Notes: generated by a model not told the origin, from the letters alone. A stretch of 64,000 nt of DNA from an uncultured delta proteobacterium (GCA_963822965.1 CAWGJT010000012.1:64001-128000), one strand, 5' to 3'. Counted from the stretch's first letter, positions 36,323 through 46,217 are shown. Program-made: numbers and translations.

Positions 36323-38807
36323 CGACCTGCCGGGCGAGACCGGGATCCGAGACCGCGCGCGCGCGCAGCTCCTGCAGCAGCCGGCGCGCGTCGTCGGGGC
36401 GATCCGCCCGGGTGTAGGCGCGCGCCAGGTGGAGCTGCACGACGGGATGCTCGGGCAGGCTGCCGTGGGCGTCCTCGAGCAGCGAGACCCCGCGCCCCAC
36501 CAGCCCCTTCTCGACGTACAGCCAGCCCAGGGTGTCCGCCACGTAGGGATCGTCGCCGGCGATCGCGTAGGCCTCCTGGGCGGCGGCCAGCGCGCCGTCC
36601 AGGTCTCCCTTCGCGTGCAGCAGCTCGGCCAGGTTGTTGCGCGGCTCGAAGAATCGCTCGTCCCGGGCCGCGGCCTGGCGATAGGCGGCGACCGCCTCGT
36701 CCACCCGCCCGACCCCCTGCTGCCCGACGGCCAGGTAGTAGAGCAGGCGCGCGTCGTCCGGTCGCACGGCCAGGTAGCGCTGGCAGTCCTCGACCGCGCC
36801 CGGGAAGCGCCCCGTCGACAGCCGGAACTCGGCACGCATGCGCAGGGGCGCGAGCACGTCGGGGGCCAGCTGCAGGGCGCGATCCACGGCCGCGTCGCCC
36901 GCCACCGCGTCGCCCTGCTGGTAGAGCAGCGCCGCGCGGGCGGTGTGCAGGCGCGCCGAGTCCGGACTCTCGCCGAGGGCCTCGCGCAGCAGCGAGAGCC
37001 CCTCCTCGGTGCGACCCGCCATGGCGAGCGCCGTGGCCCGGGTGGCGGCGATCTCGGGCGTGGAGCCTCCGGCCTCGGCGGCCTCGCCCAGCACCGAGCC
37101 CGCCTCGTCGAAGCGTCCCTGGGCGATGAGCGCCTGGGCGAGCAGCGGCGCCAGGCGCTCGTCGTCGGGGAAGAGCTGCCGGGCCTGACGGGCCAGGGCC
37201 TCGGCGCGCGCCCCCTCGCCGAGCTGGAGGAGGCCGGTCACCAGGGACACCCAGCCCGACTCGTCCCCGCCGTTGCGGCGCACGAGCATCTCCGCGTAGG
37301 CGGCGACGTCCCGCCAGGCACCCCGCCGCTCGGCCAGCAGCATGAGCGCGCGGTACGCGGCGGGCTGGGTGGGATCGCGCAGCACCGAGACGCCGTAGCG
37401 CCGCATCGCCCCCTCTTCGTCTCCCGAGAGCTCGAGCGCGCGCCCCAGCCAGAACTGGGTGGCCGCATCGTCGAGGCGCGGGACCACCTGCATCAGGCGC
37501 TCGGTGGCGGCGCCGGCGTCTCCTTCCGCCAGCTCGATGCGCGCCTCCAGGAACTGCACCTCGGGCTCGAGAGGGTCGAGGTCGCGATAGCGACCGAACT
37601 CCGCGCGCGCCTCGTCGAGGTTGCCGGCGTCGAGCCAGGCCTCGGTGAGGTGCCGCCGCAGCGGATGCACGTCGGGGAAGTCGCGCACGGCGTCGGCGAA
37701 TACGCGCACCGCCTCTTCGGGTCGACCCTGGCCGAGATAGAAGCGTCCGAGCACGAGCGCCGCGCTGGGAGACGGAGCCTTCTCGACGAACGCGACGAGC
37801 GCCGCCTCCGCAGCGGCGAGGTCGTTCCGCGCGATCTGCAGCTGGGCGACCGTGGGCAGCAGCCCGACGAGGGCAGGATCATCGGCCAGCGCGGCCTCGA
37901 GCTTCTCGATCCCCTCGTCGGCGCGGCCCGTCTGGAGGTACGCGTCCGCCAGGCTCTGCCACAGGGCCACGTCCGCCGGGTCCTCGCCGACGAGCCGCTC
38001 GAGCGCGGCCAGGGACGCCTCCATCTGGGTGCGGGCCGCCTGGGTCGCCCGGGCGCGGGACGCCTCGTCGCTGCCCGCCTCGCGCACCGCCTGCAGGGCC
38101 GCACGCAGCTCGGCGCCGTGCAGCCACGCCTCGATGCGACGCAGGTGCGGCCGCAGCTCGTCGTCGGCTCCGCCGCGCGCCTCCTCGAGCGCCTTCCGGG
38201 CGGCTTCGACCCGGTTCTCGCGCAGCAGGGTGGTGATGCGCACCAGCCGGAACTGCGAGAGATCGGGATAGCGCTTCTCCCCCGCCTCGAGCACCTCGAG
38301 GGCCGCGTCGAGATCGCCCAGCTGCAGCTGCGCCTGGGCCAGCACCAGCAGCGCCGCGGGATGCTCCGGGGAATCCGCGGGCACGAGGCCCGCGGCGCGG
38401 CGCGCCTTCACGGCGTCGTTCACCAGCAGCGCCGCGCTGGCCAGCGCCACGCGCAGATCGTCGCGCTCGGGGAAGCGGTCGAGCCCCTCCTCGAGCATCC
38501 ACACCACCTGCGGCGCCTCGCCCGCCTGCACCAGCAGCCGGCTCAGCTCGAGGAGCGCCTCCGGCGTCTCGGGCTGGGAGGCGCGCAGGCGCTCGAGGGC
38601 GGCCACGGCATCCGCCCGCTGTCCCTGCTCGAGCGCCTTCTCCGCCGCGGCGCGCGCCTGCTCGCTTCGCTCCTCGGGCGAGGGACAGCCCGCGAAGGGC
38701 GCGCAGCAAAGCACCAGCGCCAGCAGGGAGACGCATCGGCGGCGCGGGCACGCGGGGACGCGAGGGGCAGGAAGCGAGACGCGAGAAGGGAGGAGACCGG
38801 GAAGCAT
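36297..38807 (-). CDS. Long TPR-repeat lipoprotein (PrsT-like, PEP-CTERM system associated)
   Basis: Lipobox FAGC; many TPR helices; C-terminal NNLA...DTLGWLY...HLARAY pattern; downstream of a PEP-CTERM gene. Confidence 0.75.
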   Translation of the reverse strand: MLPGLLPSRVSLPAPRVPACPRRRCVSLLALVLCCAPFAGCPSPEERSEQARAAAEKALEQGQRADAVAALERLRASQPETPEALLELSRLLVQAGEAPQVVWMLEEGLDRFPERDDLRVALASAALLVNDAVKARRAAGLVPADSPEHPAALLVLAQAQLQLGDLDAALEVLEAGEKRYPDLSQFRLVRITTLLRENRVEAARKALEEARGGADDELRPHLRRIEAWLHGAELRAALQAVREAGSDEASRARATQAARTQMEASLAALERLVGEDPADVALWQSLADAYLQTGRADEGIEKLEAALADDPALVGLLPTVAQLQIARNDLAAAEAALVAFVEKAPSPSAALVLGRFYLGQGRPEEAVRVFADAVRDFPDVHPLRRHLTEAWLDAGNLDEARAEFGRYRDLDPLEPEVQFLEARIELAEGDAGAATERLMQVVPRLDDAATQFWLGRALELSGDEEGAMRRYGVSVLRDPTQPAAYRALMLLAERRGAWRDVAAYAEMLVRRNGGDESGWVSLVTGLLQLGEGARAEALARQARQLFPDDERLAPLLAQALIAQGRFDEAGSVLGEAAEAGGSTPEIAATRATALAMAGRTEEGLSLLREALGESPDSARLHTARAALLYQQGDAVAGDAAVDRALQLAPDVLAPLRMRAEFRLSTGRFPGAVEDCQRYLAVRPDDARLLYYLAVGQQGVGRVDEAVAAYRQAAARDERFFEPRNNLAELLHAKGDLDGALAAAQEAYAIAGDDPYVADTLGWLYVEKGLVGRGVSLLEDAHGSLPEHPVVQLHLARAYTRADRPDDARRLLQELRARAVSDPGLARQVDEAFGELQ

Positions 38808-38866
38808 CGGGTGCCGGAAGACTCTACAGCAGCCGCCCCTCCGCGGTCGCTTCGCGTGGCAGAAGC

Positions 38867-38899
38867 AGGACGGGCCCCGGCGTGGCCGGGGCCCGTCCT
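38867..38899 (-). terminator. 15-bp stem hairpin after PEP-CTERM gene (terminator or mRNA stabiliser)
   Basis: AGGACGGGCCCCGGC-GTG-GCCGGGGCCCGTCCT; weak U tail. Confidence 0.6.
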
Positions 38900-38930
38900 C
38901 GATCGGGAACGAAGCCGAAGGATTCGTCGT

Positions 38931-39602
38931 CTAGCGCCGGCGTCGCGCGTATCGGCGGGCGCCGGCCAGGCCCACGAGCCCGAGCCACACCAGCGAAGCC
39001 GTGCCCGGCTCGGGCACCACGGTGCGGCTGATCTCGGTCAAGGTGAGGTGAACGCTCAGGGGCAGGCTCGAGAAGGTGCCGAAGCCGCCGCCGAGGGTCA
39101 GGGTGCCGTTGTTGGGATTCCCGTTCACACCGCTCACCACGTTCGCGAGGATGGTGTTGAAGGGCAGCGTGATCGGAAGCGTCACCGACGCCGGAATCGA
39201 AGCCAGGGTCATACACGCGCCCGTGCAGTGGATCAGGCCCGTGGCCGAGCCGGCGAACGGCAGCGTGATGTTGTTGGCCGTGAGCGCGCCGTTGGGATTG
39301 CCACCGACGACGGCGGTGGCGAAGCCCGTGAACTGCGCGGCGCTCAGCACGTTGAAGCTCAGCGGACCGCCGGCGACGGCGGACAGCACCCGCCCGGGGC
39401 CCGGATCGATCGAGTTGCCGCTGGCGGTGGCATTCGCGTAGCGGATGCGCGCGTTGCCCGACAGCGTGCCGAGGGTGAGCGAGAGCGCCGGCAGGGTGAT
39501 GGTGCCGGTCAGCGCGTAGTTCACCTCCACCGGAACGGCCTGGGCCGCGGGCGCGAGCCCCAGCAGAACGAGCAACCCCGTCGCAAGCACAGCCTTCTTC
39601 AT
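38931..39602 (-). CDS. PEP-CTERM sorting domain-containing secreted protein
   Basis: Signal MKKAVLATGLLVLLGLAPAAQA; Thr/Gly/Asn-rich body; VPEPGTASLVWLGLVGLAGARRYARRRR. Confidence 0.9.
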   Translation of the reverse strand: MKKAVLATGLLVLLGLAPAAQAVPVEVNYALTGTITLPALSLTLGTLSGNARIRYANATASGNSIDPGPGRVLSAVAGGPLSFNVLSAAQFTGFATAVVGGNPNGALTANNITLPFAGSATGLIHCTGACMTLASIPASVTLPITLPFNTILANVVSGVNGNPNNGTLTLGGGFGTFSSLPLSVHLTLTEISRTVVPEPGTASLVWLGLVGLAGARRYARRRR

Positions 39603-39832
39603 GGCAGCATCTCCTCCCCGGGGCGTCCCGGGAGTCCCAGCGGGCGGTCCCCGCGTGGGGCCCACCGATCCGACTCCGCTGCGCGTCCCAACCGGACCGC
39701 GATCCAGCGGCCCGCTCACGACCGATCCGACAGGAAGAAGGGAGGCAGACGCGGACCCGGGCGCGGAACGCACACCGATCACGCGCGCGCGATCCCCTTC
39801 CCAAGAGACCGATGAAGCGCGTCACTTTGTAG

Positions 39833-39849
39833 TGCAATTGCCATACCCA
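39833..39849 (-). promoter_or_regulatory. Putative sigma54 (-24/-12) promoter of PEP-CTERM gene
   Basis: TGGGTATGGCAATTGCA contains GG-N10-GC with TTGCA; a partial IHF-like AATCAA lies just upstream. Confidence 0.6.
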
Positions 39850-40185
39850 TCCCGGATGTCTTTGATTCCGGCAGCTTGGCGGCCTGCCGGGGGGCGCGAA
39901 GGGAAGCGGCGTTCCGCCGGGGTGGAAGCCTGCTTCCATCCCCGGACCGTCCCGGGCCGCCAGCCCCCCGGATCCCGTCCCCTTCCGTCGCTTCTCGGCC
40001 GCAAGGGCCGGCCGCGAGCCCCGCCCTGGACCGCGCCAGAGCCACGCGAAGGAGCCCGAACACGCCACCGGCGCGAGCAGGGCATTCCCAGCAATATCGG
40101 AGACTTGCGGAGCACCCGGCCGACCCCGCCCCCGCCGTCGCCGTCTAGCCGCCGCCCCGGCGACCGGCTAAGGTCCGGCCCCCGT

Positions 40186-40261
40186 GGCCCGGTAGCTCAG
40201 CTGGTAGAGCACGCGACTGAAAATCGCGGTGTCGGCGGTTCGATCCCGCCCTGGGCCACCA
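40186..40261 (+). tRNA. tRNA-Phe (GAA)
   Basis: Cloverleaf: GGCCCGG/CTGGGCC acceptor, D arm GCTC/GAGC, anticodon CGCGA-CTGAAAA-TCGCG, GGTTCGATC T-loop, encoded CCA. Confidence 0.98.
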
Positions 40262-40399
40262 CGGGATTTCAGGCGCGCCGCGGCGCGGCTTGGCGGCATC
40301 GGCCGCGCGTCCAGGGCTTCCCGATTCGGCCTGGCATCGCGCTCCGGCAAGCGGAGGGAGCCTGTTGGGCTCCCCTTGCGGCGGAACTGCGAGGGCGTG

Positions 40400-40780
40400 C
40401 TCCCAGAGCCGGATGCACCAGACCCCGACGTTGACGTCCAGGTGGGTACCCGACGGGCTGTAGAAGCCGAAGGCCCAGGAGCTGCCGCCGACCAAGTCGA
40501 AGGGCCCATTGTTCCAGTGGTTCAGGCTGGCGCGGCGCCGACCCCCGTTCGCTCCCTTCTGACGCCAGGTGCCGCTCACGGCCGAGGAGCCGGACGGGCA
40601 GCTCACGACGACCTCCTCGGCCCGTGAGCAAGATGCGGTCCTGCACGAACCGGAGATCGATCCTGCTCTGTGTGGCGGCATCTGCGGCGAGCTGGGTCGT
40701 ACCCACGGCGCCGAGCGCGAGCTTCGCGTTGGTCACGCTGCTGCCGGCGAGCCGGAGGGTGTCTACCGTCGTCCGGTGAG
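40400..40780 (-). pseudogene. Remnant of a fibre/adhesin-like surface protein gene
   Basis: One frame gives ~10-aa repeats (LAGSSVTNAK LALGAVGTTQ LAADAATQSR); the next frame gives VVVSCPSGSSAVSG...W...VNVGVWC; no clear start or RBS. Confidence 0.5.
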
Positions 40781-40909
40781 CGATCGAATGCGACCGTGCT
40801 TGAAGTCGCGACGCTTCGCGGGGTAGCATGCTTCGATGACCCGGTGGCGATCTTTCGTGCATGGAGCCCATTCCCCGGCGCGAGTACCTCGAGGCGACGG
40901 AGTGTGGGC

Positions 40910-41776
40910 ATGATTCTCTCGGAAGCGCCTTCTCGCGCCGGCCAGCGGCCGCGCAGGGCCCGGCGACTCTTCACGCTCGTGGCGGCGGCGGCGACCCTGG
41001 GCCTGGCGGCGTCTCCGGCGTGGGCGGTCGACGGCACCATCGAGATCAACCAGGCGATTGCCCTTGCGGGTGGGGCCGGGCCGGGTGATTCGGCTGGATT
41101 CCCGGTCACCCTCGCCGCGGCGGGAAGCTATCGCCTGACCGGGAATCTGGTGCTGCCGAGCACCGTGGGCATCCGGGGCATCGAGGTGACGGGAGGCCCC
41201 GTTCGGATCGATCTCAACGGCTTCTCGATCCTGGGGCCCGGCACCTGCACCGGCATTCCACCCAGCTGCTCCGGCAACCAGGGCGTCGTCGGCATCGAGA
41301 TCTCTACGAGCCAGCCCGTTCGCATCGAGAACGGCACGCTGACGGGGCTCCTCACCGCCGTCAACGCGCTGAACACCACCGGGAACGAGACGCGCTCGAC
41401 GGTGCTCGAGCATCTCTCCATCGAGGGCAACGCCGGGACCGCGGTCTTCATGAGCGGCAACGGCTCTTCGGTAATCCGGGACTGCCAGATCAACCGCAAC
41501 GGCCTGCTGGGCGTGGACATCGATCTCGGCCATACGGTGCTCGTCGATGGCGTGACGTTCCGCAGCAACGGAAGCACGGCGATCGACTCCCAGGGATCGG
41601 GGAGCCTGGTGCGCAACAGCCACTTCGTCGGCAATGCCACGGGCATCCGCTCGTTCTTCATCAGTCCCTCGAGCGCGCTCGTCTACGGGGGCAACTACTT
41701 CTACGCCAACACCACGGACGTGGTCGGCGGCACGCAGCTCGGGCCGAACCTGTGCGGCTCGTCCCCGTGCCCGTAG
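40910..41776 (+). CDS. Secreted right-handed parallel beta-helix protein
   Basis: Signal ...LGLAASPAWA; GFPVTL...GSYRLTGNL, IDLNGFSI, Asn-ladder repeats; ends NLCGSSPCP. Confidence 0.8.
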   Translation: MILSEAPSRAGQRPRRARRLFTLVAAAATLGLAASPAWAVDGTIEINQAIALAGGAGPGDSAGFPVTLAAAGSYRLTGNLVLPSTVGIRGIEVTGGPVRIDLNGFSILGPGTCTGIPPSCSGNQGVVGIEISTSQPVRIENGTLTGLLTAVNALNTTGNETRSTVLEHLSIEGNAGTAVFMSGNGSSVIRDCQINRNGLLGVDIDLGHTVLVDGVTFRSNGSTAIDSQGSGSLVRNSHFVGNATGIRSFFISPSSALVYGGNYFYANTTDVVGGTQLGPNLCGSSPCP

Positions 41777-41841
41777 CCGTCGAGCCGCCCGCAGCGCCGA
41801 ACCACATCCCGCCGACGGGCCGGCGGGGAAGGAGAGCGAGC

Positions 41842-42723
41842 ATGGACGTCCAGCGCCGTACATCGACGCGGCCGGCCTCCTTTGCCCGGCCGGCGGCGGT
41901 CGCCGCGTTCCTGGGGCTGCTGCTGGCGTCCGCCGGGGCCTCCGCCGACATCGCGGGCTCGGGCGACATCACGGTGAACCTCGGGGGCACGGTCGTCTCG
42001 CCCGCCGACGTGGTCGCGGACCTGGCGGCGCCGCCCCTCGTAGCGGTGGACCTGGGGCCGCTTCCCGCTGGAGCCGACGTCACGGCCTACTCGCCCTACC
42101 CCGGCACGGGAGAGCTCTTCAGCGTGGGCCACACCCTGTCGCTGCCGGGTGGCGTCGTGGCGCGACCCCGCGACGTGGTGCTGTGGGACGGCGCCTCCTA
42201 CTCGCTGGCCCTCGACGGCGGCGCGGCAGGCATCCCCGACGGCGCGGCCATCGACGCGTTCGCGTACGACGGGACGAGCGGCGACTTCTGGCTCTCCTTC
42301 GACACCACCGTGGATCTCTCGGGCACCGTCGTGCGAGACGCCGACGTGGTGGACGGCACGACCCTCGGGCTCGTCTTCGACGCGACGGCGGCCGGCGTGC
42401 CCCAGGGCAGCGACGTGGACGCCGTGAGTATGGCGCCGACGCCGGGGGGCATGCAGATCCTGCTGTCCTTCGACGTGAGCGGCACCCTCGGCGGCGTCAC
42501 GTACGACGACGAGGACGTGCTGCGCTACGACCCGGTGGGCGGCAGCTGGAGCCTCGAGCTCGACGCGTCCAGCGTCGACGCGGCCTGGAGCGCCGCGGAC
42601 CTCGACGCCCTCTACCTGGTGCCCGAGCCGGGCTTCGTCCCGCTTCTCGCGTCGGGCGTGGCGATGCTGGCGGTGCTCGCCCGGCGGCGCGAGCGCCTGG
42701 CCGGGAAGCGCCGAACCGCTTGA
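41842..42723 (+). CDS. PEP-CTERM secreted protein with internal repeats (LSFD...DVL.YD; probable beta-propeller)
   Basis: Signal peptide; repeated DVDA...LSFD units; LVPEPGFVPLLASGVAMLAVLARRRER. Confidence 0.82.
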   Translation: MDVQRRTSTRPASFARPAAVAAFLGLLLASAGASADIAGSGDITVNLGGTVVSPADVVADLAAPPLVAVDLGPLPAGADVTAYSPYPGTGELFSVGHTLSLPGGVVARPRDVVLWDGASYSLALDGGAAGIPDGAAIDAFAYDGTSGDFWLSFDTTVDLSGTVVRDADVVDGTTLGLVFDATAAGVPQGSDVDAVSMAPTPGGMQILLSFDVSGTLGGVTYDDEDVLRYDPVGGSWSLELDASSVDAAWSAADLDALYLVPEPGFVPLLASGVAMLAVLARRRERLAGKRRTA

Positions 42724-42739
42724 GACCGACGGCGTCGCC

Positions 42740-43379
42740 TCAGGGCGCGGGTCGCAGCCGTCGGGCGATCGGGGCGAGGTGGCGGCGATCGGGATCCAGG
42801 TCCTCCCGCCGCAGGATCAGCAGGTCGCCGAGCGTGCAGGCGGTGATCCACAGGCTCATACCCTCGAGCACATGCTGCGGCCCGTGGACGCCGTCCGCGA
42901 AGTGCTCGCGCACCTGAAGCCCAAGGGGCACCTGGTGCTGGCGGTTCCGAATCCGGTGCGGCCCAGCGTCTTCTTCTCGAACGTTCGCCGGAAGCACTAC
43001 TCAACCGGGGCCACGTCTACGCCTGGGATCGCTCCCACTGGATCAACTTCCTCGAGCGCATCCTCGGGCTCGAGGTGGTGACGTACGCGTCGGACGAGGT
43101 GCATCTCTTTCCGGAGCGCCTGCTGCGCATGGCGCCGGTGCTGAAGCGGCTCGAGATCGCGCTCTCGCGTTGGATCCCCTGGTGGTCGTTCTCGAACATC
43201 GCCGTGGTCCGAAACGCCGGCGCATGAGCGGGGCGAGCGGGCCCGCCGCGGTCGCCAAGGGTGGCATCCAGATGATCCAGGTGTTGCCCGATTCCCTGAG
43301 CAAGGTCGCCCACCCCCAGCTGGCGGGGCTCCCGCAGGAGGACGCCGCGCGCTTCGCCTGCACGCTGGGTGGTGTTCAT
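42740..43379. pseudogene. Rearranged remnants of a class I SAM methyltransferase (+, ~42843-43227) and a Wzx-like flippase (+ 43224-43366; - 42740-42842)
   Basis: HTLEHMLRP...LKPKGHLVLAVPN then a 1-nt frameshift to NRGHVYAWD; LPDSLSKVAHPQLA...AARF and DLLILRREDL fragments in opposite orientations. Confidence 0.6.
42831..43366. repeat. 12-bp inverted repeat pair flanking an apparently inverted segment
   Basis: AGCGTGCAGGCG (42831-42842) and CGCCTGCACGCT (43355-43366). Confidence 0.8.
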
Positions 43380-44608
43380 CGCACCGCGGCGCGCGCGTGG
43401 AAGTGCGCCATCGCCTCTCGCAGGTGCGACTCGAGCCGGGCGGCGTTCTCTTCCGCGCCGAACAGGCCGCTCTCGAGGGTCGCCCGAGCACGCCGTCCCA
43501 CCTCGGCGCACCGCTCGGGCTGCTCGAGCAGCGCGCACACCCGGTCCGCGAAGGCTTCGGGCTCGTCGGCCACGAAGAGATCCTCTCCGTCCGTGAAGGG
43601 AACCCCTTCGGCCGAGATGCTCGTCGCGACGACCGCGTTGCCGGTGGCCATCGCGTTCAGGACGCTCAGCCGGACGCCGCTCCCGACGAACATCGGCGAG
43701 ACGAAGACCGCGCCCCGACGCAGGTGCGGCAGCATGTCCGGAACCGGCCCGACGACGCGCACGCCGTCTCGCTGCATGCCGTCGAGGGGCGAGGGCACCG
43801 CGCGGCCGACGAGGTCGAGCCGGGCCTGCGGGCGCCTGCGCCGGACCCGCGGCCACACCTCGCGCGCGAACCAGAGCATCGCCGGCAGCGTCGTGATCGG
43901 CTCGAGCGTGCCGCAGCTGACGACCACGTCGCGCTCGCGCGCCTCCGGCGGGCCGGGCGTGTAGCGCTCGAGGTCGATCGTCGGGAACAGGACGTGAATG
44001 GGCGCCACACCGCTCATCCGCGAGATCTCGCGGGCGTCCTCGCGGGAGATCTGCGACACACAGTCGGCCTCGCGCACGATCTCGGCCTCGAAGCGCTCGC
44101 ACTTCGCGGCCTGCCGGGCGGCGAGCCAGGCCAGCGCCGGGTTGCGCGCGCGCCCGGCGAAGCGCCGCAGCACGAGGGTCGTCACCGTGTGGCCCCGGTA
44201 GCAGGTCGGCGCCGGCGCGCGGCGCGCCGCGAAGAGCCGGGCGTACTCGGCCATCAGCAGCTCTTCGACGAGCACCACGTCCACGGCGCCGCTCCGGATC
44301 AGCTCGACGCCCCGCGCGAGCAGGGCGTCGTTTCGCTGGCGCTCGATCGAGTACGGGACCCGGCTCCCCAGGTTCCCGACGAGCTGGCGGACACGGCTCG
44401 GCTTCGGGGCGTGGAAGTACTCGGCACGCGCGAGGGGGGCGAGCGCGCCCGGGTCCGCGTCCGGCAGCCCGGTCAACGCCAGCAGATGGACCCGGTGACC
44501 GCGCGCGTGCAGCGCTTCGAGATCGGCGTGGTAGACGCTGCGCGCGCCGCCGATGGGCGGGTGAGGCTCCATCGGCGTGAGCATCAGGACGGAGAGCGGC
44601 GCGCTCAT
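43376..44608 (-). CDS. GT4-family glycosyltransferase (EPS/PEP-CTERM-associated sugar transferase type)
   Basis: PHPPIGGA, WFAREVWPRV, FVSPMFVGSGVRLSVLNAMATGNAVVAT. Confidence 0.88.
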   Translation of the reverse strand: MSAPLSVLMLTPMEPHPPIGGARSVYHADLEALHARGHRVHLLALTGLPDADPGALAPLARAEYFHAPKPSRVRQLVGNLGSRVPYSIERQRNDALLARGVELIRSGAVDVVLVEELLMAEYARLFAARRAPAPTCYRGHTVTTLVLRRFAGRARNPALAWLAARQAAKCERFEAEIVREADCVSQISREDAREISRMSGVAPIHVLFPTIDLERYTPGPPEARERDVVVSCGTLEPITTLPAMLWFAREVWPRVRRRRPQARLDLVGRAVPSPLDGMQRDGVRVVGPVPDMLPHLRRGAVFVSPMFVGSGVRLSVLNAMATGNAVVATSISAEGVPFTDGEDLFVADEPEAFADRVCALLEQPERCAEVGRRARATLESGLFGAEENAARLESHLREAMAHFHARAAVR

Positions 44609-44677
44609 TCGCGCCGATCATAACGGAACGGCCCCCTCGAACAACGCGACGACGGACGCTGCTACCTTGCGCCGGGC

Positions 44678-45898
44678 ATGATCGGAACCGGCGACGGGCA
44701 CGACAGCGTGGACGCGGCGCCCCCGCGCATCCTGGTCGTCACGAACAACTACCCCTCCCCCGACCTGCCCCACGTCGGCACGTTCGTCGCGTCGCTGGTG
44801 CGCGCGTGGGAGGCGGCGGGAACGCCGGTCGCGGTCGCCGCGCCCGTGCCCTACTGGAGCCGCACGACCGGGGCCGTCGCCGTGCGCGACGCGGGCCCCG
44901 GCCCCCAGGAGGGCTTCGTGCTGCGTCCTCCCTTCGTCTCCTTCTCCAACGCCACGCTCGCACCGGGCTGGTCGACGGCCCGGCTCTCGTTGTGGAGCTT
45001 CGACCGCGCCGTCCTGCGCTGCACGAAGCGCCTGCCCTTCCGGCCGAGCGTCGCGTACGGGCACTTCCTGTTTCCCGCGTGCCACGCGGCGCTGCGCGTC
45101 GGCCGGAGGCTCGGGATCCCGGTCGTCGGCGCACTCGGAGAGGCCGACCTGGGTGAGTGGGAGCGGCTCGTGGGCGTCGACCGCGCGGCGGCAACCGCCC
45201 GCGCGCTCGACGCGATCGTCTCCGTCTCGCACGAGAATGCGGAGCACTGCGCCCGGCGATACGGCGTCGCCGACGAGCGCGTGGTCGTGCTGCCGAACGC
45301 CGTCGACGCCTCGCGCTTCCAGCCCCTCGAGCGCGCCGCGGCCCGGGCGCGGCTGGGCCTCCCGGCGGACCGGCCGATCGTGGCCTTCGTGGGCAGCTTC
45401 ATCGAGCGCAAGGGGGCACTGCGGGTGCTCGAGGCGATCCGCGGGCTGCCCGACGTGATGGGCGTCTTCCTGGGCGCCGGCCCCCAGCGACCGGAAGGAG
45501 ACCGCGTGCTCTTCGCCGGTCGGGTCGCGAACGAGGAGGTGCCCGTGTGGCTCTCGGCGGCAAACCTGTTCGTGCTGCCGACGCGCGCCGAGGGCTCGCC
45601 CAACGCGGTGCTCGAGGCGATGGCCTGCGGCCTGCCCGTGGTCTCGGGCGACATTCCGGCGCTGCGGGAGACGACGACCCCCGACGCCGCGCGCCTGGTC
45701 GACCCCTCGGACGTCCAGGCCATCCGGCAGGCCGTCGGCGAGATCGTCTCCGACGCCGCGCTGGCGGCGCGCATGTCCGCGGCCGCGCGCCGGATCGCGG
45801 GGGCGCGCTCCCTCGCCGATCGCGCGGAGCGGATCACGACGGTGCTCGCGGCCGTGATCGCCCGCGACGCGCGCGAGCGGCCGGGCCGCGACGCGTAG
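44678..45898 (+). CDS. GT4-family glycosyltransferase
   Basis: RILVVTNNYP, FVGSFIERKG, FVLPTRAEGSPNAVLEAMACGLPVV (E-X7-E). Confidence 0.92.
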   Translation: MIGTGDGHDSVDAAPPRILVVTNNYPSPDLPHVGTFVASLVRAWEAAGTPVAVAAPVPYWSRTTGAVAVRDAGPGPQEGFVLRPPFVSFSNATLAPGWSTARLSLWSFDRAVLRCTKRLPFRPSVAYGHFLFPACHAALRVGRRLGIPVVGALGEADLGEWERLVGVDRAAATARALDAIVSVSHENAEHCARRYGVADERVVVLPNAVDASRFQPLERAAARARLGLPADRPIVAFVGSFIERKGALRVLEAIRGLPDVMGVFLGAGPQRPEGDRVLFAGRVANEEVPVWLSAANLFVLPTRAEGSPNAVLEAMACGLPVVSGDIPALRETTTPDAARLVDPSDVQAIRQAVGEIVSDAALAARMSAAARRIAGARSLADRAERITTVLAAVIARDARERPGRDA

Positions 45899-45926
45899 CA
45901 CCGGGAGCAGCGCGTCGGAGCGAGAG

Positions 45927-45946
45927 CCGGGCCCCGCGGGGCCCGG
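45927..45946. terminator. Perfect 20-bp GC palindrome after glycosyltransferase (possible terminator)
   Basis: CCGGGCCCCGCGGGGCCCGG followed by GGTCTT. Confidence 0.45.
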
Positions 45947-46217
45947 GGTCTTCCGGTCCGCGTGACGGCGTGCCCGCTTCGGCCGTCCCCGATCTGTTTC
46001 GACGGCACGAAATAACATGGCGTCACACAGCGCGGCGTCCCGATCCGCGACCACTCGAACCCGCCCGGAAATCGGGGCGGGCCGCCATGCGCTACTGTTG
46101 CCACGTACTCGTGTCCCGCAGCCTAGAGCCTCGAAGCACCCTCGGCTTCAGCGCGTTCGGAAATGCCAGCTCTCGATTCGGAGGGTTAGTTCCACGAGAG
46201 CGAGGAGCGGAAACCGA

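Noticed and set aside
40845..40861. sigma54 promoter upstream of the beta-helix gene (TGGCGATCTTTCGTGCA)
   Set aside because: GG-to-GC spacing is 11 nt rather than the required 10
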